NCBI RefSeq assembly: GCF_009914755.1
Contig: NC_060933.1
Source: the human T2T-CHM13v2.0 reference genome, Homo sapiens
DNA length: 64,000 nt
Direction: 5' to 3' (one strand)
Shown here: positions 28,471 through 41,886 of the stretch, piece after piece
Numbering within the stretch: position 1 is the stretch's first letter
Layout of the letters: each line of letters opens with the position of its first letter
Position numbers and translations under genes: made by a program
The notes under the pieces: generated by a model
What the model was told of the DNA's origin: nothing
Databases searched by the model: none
Seen by the model: only the letters and a program-made list of their open reading frames with translations

Positions 28471-30013
28471 TTTTCTATTGAAATCCTGTGTGTCCATCAG
28501 TCTCTACACATAATTGAGAAGGACTTTGATGGTTTTCATCTTCCTTTCATTCTTCTGAATATGCAATACACATTTGTTGAATACAGAGCAAATAAACTGG
28601 TAATTAAAATTAGAATTTTACAGTTAATTTCATTGCGCTTTATACAGATACAGATTCTTAGCATGCTATCGGTCTGTACATAGGATACACACTTGAAATG
28701 TGAAGATGATCATGTCAAGACGATAGCAGATATGATGCATTGCCAATAGTTTTCTTATGATAATATTCACCATGAAAAATGAATAAGATCATATGAAGTT
28801 ATTTTCATGTTAGACAATAGGGAAACTTAAAAGATGCTACTAAGAGTCAAGGGCCATTTACAACTTTTTAAGTAATCAACTAGGTATACTGTTGATCGAA
28901 CAGAGCCCCCACCCTCCAACCCCTATATATAGTCTATTTATTAAACAGAGTTTAATGTTTGCCCTTCATAAAACATTTCGTATATAACTGATATTAAAAG
29001 CTGTAATACTATTATTTGATTCATAATTTAATTCGGTGTTTGCAAACACGTGAAACAAAAACTCAGAAAAATTCTCTAGGCTGTCAATACAACAAAATGC
29101 TCTACCTATATGTTAAGAGAGTGCAGAGGCTTGGTTATCAGCCAGCTATGACATAGATGGGGCTGAGAAGTGGAAAGGCAACAGGATCCGCCCACACTAG
29201 CTTCAAGTATTTAGACACATATATCTAAATGGCAAAGTGTTTGAAATCAGGACTGGGCTTAACATGTTGTACTTTATTCCCCATCCTCAAGTGTCAATTA
29301 CAGGATGTCTGCATATAATAGTTATTTAACATATTGACTTAAACAGAATTTCCATGTAATTCTTCTTTGCTTACCATTTTGATTAAAAAGTACAGGAGTT
29401 AAACTTCAAATTACATGAAATTAGTAATTTAAGTTATTTAAAAGTCAATTCATCTCAGGCATTGTATTCTGTTCCTACTATTGTGTACTACTTCTGTCAC
29501 TGATCTCAATTTATAAATGTATTAAGCTGGATTTATAAATATTTCAGAGGTGCTCTAGGACAGAGATGATATATTTTTACCTCTGTATATGCAACACTTA
29601 CAAGTCCAAATCTGTAGTCGATTTTAAAACTTAATAATAATTTGATTAATAAATCATAGCAAAGAAACAGGGAGAATAAGGATATTGCTATAGCATGGTA
29701 TCATCTAAAATCAGTTGATAGAAACAACACAACATTTTCTTTGTAAATGTGAAAGCACTGCTTAAAGTTCCAACCAACTGTCCATCTAATCTTTTCCATA
29801 GCTTATTCTTCATAATACAAAAGCTTCTTTTCTCTTGGATCTAATGCTAATGCTCTCCTGGTATATAATCCTCAGTAAGAAATAATTTTAAAAGAAAAGA
29901 TATAATAAAAGTACTATCCATGAAGTTTTAAAACTGGAACTTTGCTAAATATATTATCCTTATTAGTTTTAAATACCTTGGGTCAAAATATGCCCAAGAA
30001 AAACTGGTGACTG

Positions 30014-30550
30014 TTCATTCATTCCACGTTCATTTGTTCACACTGACATTTATTGATCACCTGCTCATGCCAAGCATTTTAATAAGTCCTGGGCAATAAA
30101 AGTATAAAAAACCCACAGTGCCTGTCATAAAAGAAGTCACATTCTAGGGGAACAAAAGATACATATATAGTTGCAAACCAAAGTATTTTAATGGAATAAG
30201 AGACATTTACATAAAGGTATTATCAAATCAAAGTAGGGTATTGACCAGATCTGGGAAAGGCTTCATAGAGTAAGGTTGCAGTGGATGGGAAAGATTTATC
30301 AGGTGTTGTAAACAGAGACCAGGAAATTAAGCTGAAGGAGTATCATGCAGACGTACCTTGGAAGGAATGTAGTATGTTAGATGGAAACGGAACCAAAAGT
30401 GTTCATGATGGGAAGAAAAGCTGGTGAGGCAAGTGGAAGCCTGGTGACCAGGCTAAACAGTTCCCTCTTTTTGCCACAGGCAAAAGTGAATCATCAGAGG
30501 TGTGAAACAGGATAGTGGCATGATCAGATTTCACTCCTGGGTGGTAGCTA
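30014..30550 (-). mobile_element. L2 fragment
   Basis: ttcattcattc...acatttattgatcacctgctcatgccaagca; gtggcatgatcagattt. Confidence 0.7.
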
Positions 30551-32023
30551 TGAACATTCATCAGGGTTTGCAGGGATTACAAGTTTCCAGTCATTCCACA
30601 AATTATTGACCAAAAAAATTATATTAAAGGGAAAATATATTTCTATTAATAACAAATGTGTCATGATAATGTCAGGTATTAAGACAGAATATACGAAACA
30701 AATGTTTATGGAAAGTGTTATCAGTAGCAGTAGACATGTGAAAAAAGACTAGTTTGCCTTTGGAAAGATAAAGGAACAAGGTAATATGCAAAGAAAGCAA
30801 TAAGCATTAGAGGGAGATAACTGACAAACCAAGACAGATCCGAAATGATACATGACTCTAAAACATTGAAGCAGTAATAAGAAAATAGTTTAGAACAAAC
30901 AGCCTAATCACCTGAAGTAATAGACCTAAAAAGTGGAGTGACGATAGCAATTAAGTTTCTCTTGTAGAATATAGACCCAAGGTATGAGAATTTTCTTTCT
31001 TTGGTTTTAAATATATGCTATATATGCTGCCGTCTGCAGACCCTGATGGACTTTTTATTTTTGAAAGTGAATACAGCACCTGAATGTAAAGATACCAAAG
31101 TACGTGATAGTCTGAACTATCAGGGAAGTCTTTGACAGGTTAATTAAAAAGACTTAAACTTGAGGTGTTGTATTCCTTATGACACCATTTTTAGCACTAA
31201 GTAGTGAGTGATGAGTGAGAAAATTGTGTAATTATTGAAATAGCTAATTGGTGGTAGGACCATTTGTAAGTACAACAAAATAGGTATTATGGTCAGCCAG
31301 ACAAAAGCAGCTATTTGTATGTACTCACGCACACATACACACACACACGCTTATATAAACAGCAAATAGCAAATGTGGATACAATTTTTCGCAATGATAG
31401 AAATACTGTTTTGCAGTGATCCTGTGGAAGTAGGAAGCCAAACAGTAGATCACATATCACTGACATCCTATTTCCCAATAGGTTTGCTGAAAAATGAAAA
31501 GCAGATTTGTTGTTGGTAATTGCAAATGCCCTAATTTTCAATAATGTAAAAATTAGAACTTGTATATATTCATATTTATCGTGACAAACACACTCTGCAG
31601 AAAAGAATGTTGTTTAGTTCAATTAATTGGTTTGGTACTGGGAATGGCCCTAAGAATAAACTCCAGGGTGAGTTCTACCTGGAAGCTGGAACAGAGAGTC
31701 AAGTTAAAGTAACTGTAAGTAAGATGCTGTAGATGCCTTAGGAATATATTATAAAAAAAAAATCAAACCAAAAATTAAAGAGTTAATATTTCCAGTCATT
31801 AAAATGGAAAAAGAGACTCAGTAATTCTAAAGAAAGCAGAAATTAGCAATAGGTAAAAATAGAAATTGGTGAAATACAAAAACAAAGAAAAGGGAGGACT
31901 GACAGAACTAAATTCTCATTGTTTGAACACAGTAATTAAAATCCTAAACTTCCAGTGAGTCTGATCACAAAAAAGAGGGAAAAGGGACACATAAACATCA
32001 TAAAGAAAGAAAAGGGTGGCCGG

Positions 32024-32320
32024 GGCCGGGCGCAGTGGCTCACGCCTGTAATCCCAGCACTTTGGGAGGCCGAGGTGGGCGGATCACGAGGTCAGGATAT
32101 TGAGACCATTCTGGCTAACACAGTGAAACCCCATCTCTACTAAAAATACAAAAAATTAGCTGGGCATGGTGGCAGATGCCTGTAGTCCCAGCTACTTGGG
32201 AGGCTGAGGCAGGAGAATGGCGTGAACCCAGAGGCAAAGCTTGCAGTGAGCCGAGATCCCGCTACTGCACTCTAGCCCGGACGACAGAGCGAGACTCCAT
32301 CTCTAAATAAATAAATAAAA
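32024..32320 (+). mobile_element. AluY
   Basis: gaccattctggctaacacagtg, ggagaatggcgtgaaccc, gcttgcagtgagccgag. Confidence 0.93.
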
Positions 32321-32370
32321 GAAAGGGAAGGGAAGGGAAGGGGAGGGGAGGAGAGGTGAGGGGAGGGAAG
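32321..32370. repeat. (GGGAA/GGGGA)n polypurine tract
   Basis: Direct. Confidence 0.85.
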
Positions 32371-32469
32371 GGCCCGGTGGCTCACGCCTGTAATCCCAGC
32401 ATTTGGGGAGGTGGAGGCGAGTTCCTGTCACTGCACTCCAGCCTGGATGACAGAGCATGACTCAATCTC

Positions 32470-32500
<31 letters not shown>
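32371..32500 (+). mobile_element. Internally deleted Alu (5' about 50 nt joined to 3' about 45 nt) with A30 tail
   Basis: ggtggctcacgcctgtaatcccagca...ggaggcgag | ttcctgtcactgcactccagcctgg. Confidence 0.85.
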
Positions 32501-32504
<4 letters not shown>

Positions 32505-33603
32505 GAAAAAAAGGAGGACAGAGCTATAGATAATTTACAAATTTTTAAATACTAAAAGAATAAAAGTTTATGTCTATAAATTTCAAAAATGAGAGGGCAC
32601 TGATAACTTTCTAGAAAATATAAACTATTGGAAGTGACAAAGATTTGAAAATGGTAATGACAAATCAGAAAAAAGCTCGGACATAAGTAGGGAAATCTGC
32701 TATGAGACAGAGGCAGTATTTCACATCAGGAGAGAAAGGTTGGGACTAGCCAATAAACAGTGTTGGGACAACTATGCATCCATGTAGAATAACAAGATTA
32801 GATCGCCACTTTACAACAAACAGAAAAATCCATTTCAGATGAGTTAAAGACGTAAATGTGAAAAAGTAAATCTGTTAGATATATTTATTACCTTGAGTCA
32901 GAATATTTTTTGAACATGACACAAAAAAGCAATAATCATAAAGGAAATCTAATACTGTATATTTGACTACACTAAAATTAGGCTTTTGTTCAGTCAAAAA
33001 ACAAACATCATAATGAGGTAGATAGGCTAGTCCCAGACTGTGAAACTATTTTTTTCAATGCATTTAACTGACAAGGAATTAGTAAACAAATGTGCATACC
33101 TTATTGAGAACAATGATATAATAGGGAAAAAAGGAAATTAACTGGCAATTTATAGAAGATGAAACATATGGAGAATAAGGATAAGAAAGATGTTCAGCCC
33201 TACTAGGCACCAGTGGGGGGAAAAACAAATTTAACAATAAGATACTATTTTATAACCCTTCAGATTGTCCAAATGTAAGCCTCTGAAAATACAAATATTG
33301 GCAAGGATATGTAGAAGAGGTAAATCTTAGTTATGCTGGTAGAAATATAAACTGGGACAATCACTGGAGACAAATGGTGATATGTGGCAAAGTTGGTGGG
33401 CTTTGTTTTGTTTTTTGCTATTTAATTCAGCAATTGGATGTTAAGGCAAATTTCTGGAGAATTTCTATCTTAGGTAAATAAAGAGGTATGTATGAGTTGG
33501 AGCACTGCTTGAAATTGGAAATAATTAAAAACCACTCAGAAGCTCATTAACTTAAAAATGGATTAATAAATTGGGGGTTATTGATTCAATGGAATATTTA
33601 AGA

Positions 33604-33880
33604 CAGTGGTCCCCAACCGTTTTGGCCAAGATGAAACTGTTCCACCTCAGATCATAAGGCATTAGATTCTCATAAAGAGTGCACCACCTAGATCCCTCAC
33701 ATACACAGTTTACGATAGGTTTTGCACTCCTATGAGAATCTAACGCCTCCACTGATCTGACAGGAGGCAGAGCTCAGGCCATAATGATCTCTTGTCCGCT
33801 GCTCACCTCCTGCTGTGCAGCCCAGTTCTTAACAGGCCAGAGACCAGTAATGATCTGTGGCCCAGGGTTGGGGACCCCTG
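33604..33880 (-). mobile_element. MER1B hAT DNA transposon
   Basis: TIRs cagtggtccccaacc / ggttggggacccctg; internal tagattctcataa and tatgagaatcta; TSD-like ATTTA(A)GAC. Confidence 0.9.
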
Positions 33881-33907
33881 ATTTAGACAACATGTTTCAA
33901 CACGGAT

Positions 33908-34041
33908 TATTTGTTTTTAGAGACAGCATGTTAGCATGTTGCCATGTTGCCAGGCTGGACTTGAACTCCTGGGCTCAAGAAACTCTCCTGCTTCAGCCTC
34001 CTGAGTAGCTAGGACAACAGGCACAAGCCACCACGCATGGC
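33908..34041 (-). mobile_element. FLAM (free left Alu monomer)
   Basis: Single antisense monomer: gaactcctgggctcaag...gcctcctgagtagctagga. Confidence 0.8.
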
Positions 34042-34427
34042 TGGATAATTTATTTAAAAAAAAAGAAACATAATCTTGAACAAAAGAAAAAATCATGTTG
34101 AAGAATGATACCAGTTATGTAGATTATGATACCAATTTATGTAAAGTTTGAAAACATGAAAACCTATGCCATAAACTATTTAACATATATGCACATGTAG
34201 GTGTAAAACCTTTCATGGAGATAATATATACCTAAATTACGTTGCTTTTGTCATCTGTTATGGGAGGTGGGAGGATGGAAATGGGGAAGAAGATAGAGTA
34301 GACTTCAACTGCAATGTTTCATGTCCTTATTCTGAAGTATGCATGACAGAAGAGTAGAATTTAACAGATGTTTGTTCATTGTTGTTTTTCTGTACTTTCT
34401 TCATTTCATATCTAAAAAGCAAAGTTC

Positions 34428-34754
<327 letters not shown>

Positions 34755-35278
34755 GAAGCAAAGTTTACTAGTACCTCCATAGCAAATATATTTTCCATAC
34801 CCAATCATAAAAAGCATTTAACCATTTCTGCAGTCATCAATGAGAAAAGAAATCCCTATCTATAAATACGATGTCTTTTCTGGTCACATCTTGCAACCAA
34901 ACCCCAGACCATTAGGTTGGGTAGAAAAATGCACAGATGCTAGCCTCCCTTAGATTGCCAATATGTGTGTGTAGTACATATTGGTATTGGTACTAACTGA
35001 TTAGTTACTGAAAAAAAAAAAAATTTACATTCTTCTCTATTATGTTTTTACTTATTATGCCATTCCCTCAAAATGTGGCATTCTGGTATTCAGCAAAAAT
35101 ACTATTGGTTTTGATTAATGCCAAGAGGAAATCTATCATTCATGCACTCATGCTTTCATACACATTTAATTATGTATTATTTTTCCAATGTTCTAGAGAC
35201 TCTGGTTAAGAAATCTACCCCAGCATTTCCTAATAAGTTGGGTGTAAATATAACAAACAGCAGAAAATAATCCAGTAC

Positions 35279-35655
35279 TGTATTAGTCCATTCTCATGCT
35301 GCAAATGGAGACATACCTGAGAATGGGTAATTTATAAAGGAAAGAGGTTTAACTGACTAACAGTTCAGAATGGCTGGGGAGGCCCCAGGAAACTTACAAT
35401 CACGTTGGAAGCGGAAGCAAACATGTCCTTCTTCGCATGGCAGTGTCGAGGAGAAGAATGAGCAAAGGGCGGGAAAAGTCCCTTATAAAACCATCAGATC
35501 TCATGAGACCTCATTCACTATCATGAGAACAGCACGGAGGTAATCTCCTCTATGATTCAATTATCTCCCACTGGTTCCCTCTCATAACACGTGGGGATTA
35601 GGGGAACTACAATTCAAGATGAGATTTGGAAGGGGACACAGCCAAACCACTGTTA
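35279..35655 (-). mobile_element. THE1 (C/D-like) solo LTR
   Basis: tgtattagtccattctcatgctgc...gggacacagccaaacc; 5-bp TSD AGTAC at 35274-35278 and 35657-35661. Confidence 0.92.
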
Positions 35656-36577
35656 AAGTACTTTAAAGTACTTTAAGGCTCAAATGAATACAATGCTTGC
35701 CACGTGAAATTTTCAACGTAGATCTTCAAATATGAAATATGAAATTCAGTTAGTCAACTCTACTAAATTTTTTTTAACTGCAGAGTTACAAAGGGAGAAA
35801 AAGGGGAAGAGTAGACAGATGCTTGAAGATAGATGGAAACAAATTTATTATATATTTAACTTTATAAAAAGAACAGGAAATTGTGAGGCTCTGCAGTCTC
35901 CTGGGTCAGTTTCCTGATGCCCTGGTTCTGTCAAGGTTTAATCACTAAACTACACCAACTATAGTCACTACTTTGTTTTTAAGCCACTTTGAGATTTTCG
36001 CTATGGACTGGAAAGTCTGGGATATGAATGCCTAAGCATGAAGAAAGGCTGGACACCATAAAAATGTGTAAGAATTGGTGGGATTTAATTTCATTTGGGT
36101 CACATTAATGGCCATGAACATGACAACTCTGTACCATACCAACCACCATACATTGCAAAGTAGTCCTAACTCTATATGTAGGTAAGTCAGATTTCTTAGT
36201 ATCCTTTACTTGCTCAGATGAAATGTATTTATTTATATATTCTGGTAAAACTATATGAATGTCTGCCATGTGTGAAAGTTATTTTTCTGAGTGAAATTTA
36301 CAATTGCATTGAAAAAATGCTTGCATTTTGCCAGGCACTTCTGATTTCTCTGCCTGTACTATTTCATTACACCTTTTAAAAGCTCTATGAGGTAGACTAT
36401 GTTCTTATGTTAGAGATCAAAACATTGTTATGGAGTCAGTCATCTCATAAATCCACTTGTCCTCTCTCTGCCATGATTGTGCCATCAGTCAAAGATTAAA
36501 ATTTTATTATAACCAATTAAACTCATAAACAATTTGTGGATTTAACAATAGGCATTACTTTTAAAAAATAATTTATA

Positions 36578-36889
<312 letters not shown>

Positions 36890-37423
36890 TTATAAATAGA
36901 CTCTATAACCAGCATTGATTCTTCTGTATTAAGTCTTCACCAGCTCATATTTCTTCCCTTCTTCACCATAGCAGTGTCAGCCTCTACCACTCATTCCACA
37001 TTGGAATCTTTCATTGTTCTTTGTGTTGTCCTTATTTCATCCACTTCTGCTAGGCTGGGATCAAAGGCAATTATCAAAAAAAGGGAACCTAACAGGCTGA
37101 CTTGGTTAAATCATTCCATTTTAAATATTCAAAAGTTGAGGCCCCCACAACACAGTATGACTTTTCATATGGGTAAATCAAGATGAGAATCCATACCTCT
37201 AGCTCTGCCTCACTACAACAAGCTGCCTACCCTCCTACCCCCAGTCACTGTCTATGCCTTTGGTTTTCTATTGCTACCCACACATTTGCCAACGGCATTG
37301 CTAGACCAAGTATGTTCTTAAATATTTTATATTAATACTAGATTTTAAAATATAAAGTGGTAAATAATAAAGTCAGCGAGGTTATCTTGCTCTAACTCCT
37401 CACTTAATAAAGAAACTGAAGCC

Positions 37424-37766
<343 letters not shown>

Positions 37767-39409
37767 TTACACTTTTTATTTTTATTTATTCAACTACTTA
37801 CAAATAATAAAAATCTGCAGAGGCACTAGTGACATGTTATGACAACTGGTTTGATCATTATTTAGATTTTGGATTTATTTAGATTTTATATTTTAATAAT
37901 TTTGTTCACCTCTGTAACAGTACAAAAATCAGCAGCTTTTACAGTAATGCAAGGTTTCTTCTAATTTCACTGACCTTTTCCTAATACTTCAAAAGAAAAG
38001 AATAAATACATATTGGCTTCTGCCACCGTTGTAGTTAAACAAACTTGTAGAATTCGAAAATATTTAATCAAAATGTTTTGAGTAAAATGAGTAAAATATA
38101 ACCTTCTATATAATATTCCTTAAAGTTTCCTAATCACATAAAATGGAAAGCTGAATTTGGAAAAAAATCAAATTAAGTTCAACAGACTAAAAGTTCTCTT
38201 ATATCCCAAAAGGAAAATAAAGATATGCTTAGGTATGAAATATCTGACCTCAACGGCCTTGGAAAGCTGTACATGGTCCTTACAGCCAAGTAACAAAGAA
38301 ATTTGAAACATGTGTTACAAGAAAGGAAAGAGGAAAACACTTAGTAGGAAAGGACAAAACTTAAAGATCCATAAATATAAATCCCGACTGTGGCAAATAA
38401 TTTTCTGAATGTCTGTTTCCACTGACCAGATGAAAATCGTAAATCCTCAAAGATGCCAACAAGTACTTGAAATAATCAAGTCACGAGAATTAAGGAGTAA
38501 ATAATAGCTCTGTGCATCTCAGGCTAAGAAGCCAAGAGCCTTCAACAATCTACCAGCCAATGGGCAATTCTCCTCAGAACACATGCAGCTCCCCCGTGAC
38601 AATTTTAGGTAAACCTGATCTTTGCCTATATGGTGTAATTGGTTTTAATTTAAGGATTTTGTTTTACTCTGTGACTTCTACCCATGAGAGCGAAAGCCAG
38701 CAAAGCTAGGCTAATCTGCATTCTGAAATTTCATTCTGTGTTTTTATTTTCCTTTGGAGGGTTCTTGTTACAGAAGAGCTTCATTAACTTAATTAGGCAT
38801 GATCCAGTGGGCCCATACAAATTAGGCTAGCCACAGTATCTTTAGAATGGACAAAAATAAGAAGCCAGCTGTAGTCTTTATATTTTGAAGAAAATCTTAC
38901 CAGCTGACATTTCTTTGTGTCACAGTCATATTAAGCTTATGACAACTGCAATAACCAAAATGTGTTTTGGAAGTTCAAGTCTCCAACACTATGAAATATA
39001 AAAGACACAACAGTGGATAGGGAATGAACTGTTTTTTTTAAACCACAATTCTTTTTGTAGGCATCTAGCTCTTTGCTTTATTATAGAAAGAATAATCCTT
39101 TGGTAAAAGTGTGCTTATAAATCAATTTATAACTACTAGCAATGTGATAACTGTATCAGAAAACATTTAGGAGAAAAGATATTTTCATTTTCTTCCTAGA
39201 ACTCACAGGCATGTGTACACCTGTGCATACACGTACCAAGATAATATAATACAAGATAATACATGTATCAGATAATGCAAAGAAAACCAGACACTACTTG
39301 ACCTGCAATCTTAGGAAGTTATTGATTTTGCCTCAATTTCTTCATCAACCAGCAGAAATAAGAATAACCCTCATTCTTCTTCAGAGAAATCTTTAGGCAA
39401 CTTCCCTGT

Positions 39410-39530
39410 TTCAAAAGGATAATCTGGATAATTGTTAAAATAGAGATTCTTGGACCATATTTCAGACATCCTGAATCAGGCTTTCCACCGAAGAGCCAAG
39501 GAATTTGTATTTAATAAAAGTTATTCTTAG
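39410..39530. mobile_element. MER5-type fragment within a MIR relic
   Basis: gattcttggacc...cagacatcctgaatcagg...ccaaggaatttgtattta. Confidence 0.5.
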
Positions 39531-41356
39531 TGGGTCACTATAAACTAAAATATAAATAATGTGAAATCCCTATAGATTCTTACTGGGTTATTATAAACTA
39601 AAAATAAATAGGAAAGCTCTATAGAAAATTTTGAGTGATATATAAGTATATACCATCAACATTATTCAGAATTTCTAGCGCAAAGGAAAATGTTGCAAAG
39701 AAAGTATTCTTACAGGAATTTATTCTGGCTAACCTTTACACTATGAAGAGTTGCTGTGCTGATCAAATCAATCAACCCACCAACCAAACAAGCATCTTCA
39801 GGAAGCTCAACATATACCCTTCTGCTTCTCAGATAAGTACAAATTTTAACCGATAAACACTAAAAGTCACATCTCATACAATAACATTTAATGTAGCAAA
39901 ATACTCTAGATATGGTTCTCGTAAGTCCTGGAATTCTGGAACTAAATCATAAACAATTAAGCATAATCACAGCGACTTTCTGACTTGTCGCTTGATTCTT
40001 TATAAATGTATTCTCAAGAAATACAATAAGAAAACATGGAAGAAAAAATATGAAAACCTTCCAACCTAATTCTAATTATCTGAATTAACCATGTTGAAAA
40101 CAAGATACTACTTGGAGTAGGAATTCACTGTCACCATAAGCTATTTGTGACTTAAAAACTAGAACATGGAGTTCAGAACACAATCCAATTTCTGTAGATG
40201 ACAGTGAGTTCCCAGCAGGGGTTGTTCCTCTCCAGAAACCTGTCTTGGATAGTATCCTGGTACTTGGTTGCGTTGGCACGTCTGCCACCTCAGAAATCAA
40301 CAAAGTCATGCTTCCGTTTGAATGAGAAACTTGACACATTCCTCTGATTCCTGAACTGTGCCTACACAACCTGTTATAATGTTTTGTAGATTGCAGTGAA
40401 TACTGCTGAAGTCTCACAGTGGCTACGTTCAATTTCAAACGTATATTTGCAAATTTGGAAAATGTAAATTAGGAAATTTTCTGGAAGAAAATTATGCTGG
40501 AAATAACAGAAATTGCTTGCGTTCACTTGGTCAACTAATAATGACTGAACCTCGGTAACAAAGATTTCTGGGGTTATGAACGTCGGTTTTTGCAATGTTC
40601 ACGAGGTTCCAAGGATTATGACCTAGGCCATACTTAAGGGTACATAGATATTATATCTATACAATCTGTATAGATATAGTACAGTCATAATATGAGCTGG
40701 AATTGATTTTATTAAAGCTGATAATAGAAACCAGATGGTCCAAGTATCTGAATCAAATATAGACTTCCTTAAGCTAGGGTTGAAAATAGCTCAAGAAAAA
40801 ATGAATGAAGTTCTAAATATGACATAAGAGCTCTGCGGAGGTAATATAAGTGTGGATATCCAAGAATAATAATGACTTGTTCTGAACTAAGTTAATTACG
40901 TCTTCCAAGGTATTTTATTTGGAGAACGCTGCATGGTTGTGTGCTATATCCTAAAATTCAAGTGTGCAGAAGACTTATCAGAGGGTGGGTAGAAAGTTGC
41001 AACCAATCAAGTTTTACATGCCTTAGTCTCTTTCACTTATGGGTGATAGGATTATCAAGTTTCCTGTCCTTCTCTTCCTAGAGATTATATTTTTACATTT
41101 GAAGCCTGTAGCTACTTTCCCATCTTGCAACCCAAAAACCAAAAAGACACTGTGTTCACTAACTGGCACTAGGTATGAACAGAATGGATGTTTTCAAACA
41201 AATGAATGACTCAAAGGAATTCTTAAAATGTTTCTTTGGTGTGAAGAGCAGGGGTCACAAAGGCATATGGATAGTAAATATAGAAATACTAGGGATTTGC
41301 ATGCAAGTTTAACCAGCTACAAACCAAACAGAATAGTTCTGTCTAAAATTAAGGTA

Positions 41357-41886
41357 GGTAATTAGTTTCCTACTGCTGTTATAATTAGCTGTCACAAACT
41401 CGATGGCTTAAAACAAAAACATTTATTATTTTTCAGTTCTGGAGGTCAGAAGTCCCATATGAGTTTCACTGGGTTAGACTGAGGTGTCAGCAGGACTGAT
41501 GTTAGCAGTCCTTTATGGAGGCTATAGGGGAGAATCTTCCTTCTTGCATTTTCCAGTTTCTAGAGGCTGCCCACATTCCTTGGCTTGTGATCCTTTTTCA
41601 TCTTCAGAGCCAGCAAAGGCCAGCTGAGTCTTTCTCATTTTGCATAATTCTGACACTGACTCCTCTGCCTCCAATTTAAAGACCCTTATTATTACATTAG
41701 GCTCACCTGGATAACCCAGAATAATCTCCCTCACTTAAGGACAAATGAATAGTAACATCAACTGCATCTGCAACCTTAATTTCCCTTTGCCTTGTAGGGT
41801 AACATAGTCATCACAAGGTTCCAAAGAATAGGAACTAGTCGTGATTTGGAGTGGGATGGTCAGGGCCATTATTTGGTCTACCCACA
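41357..41886 (-). mobile_element. MLT1C-like MaLR LTR
   Basis: tggcttaaaacaa...cagttctggaggtcagaagtcc...ttccagtttctagaggctgcccacattccttggcttgtg. Confidence 0.88.

Larger units (their letters stand above)
31740..34420 (+). mobile_element. Degenerate L1M (L1ME-like) ORF2 and 3' UTR, interrupted by Alus, MER1B and FLAM
   Basis: A-rich L1-like text: aataaacagtgttgggacaact, ttaaagacgtaaatgtgaaaa, ttggcaaggatatgtagaa, caatggaatatt. Confidence 0.7.

Noticed and set aside
40085-40595. Two overlapping minus-strand ORFs
   Set aside because: Non-ATG starts, no recognisable protein, no convincing splice pair
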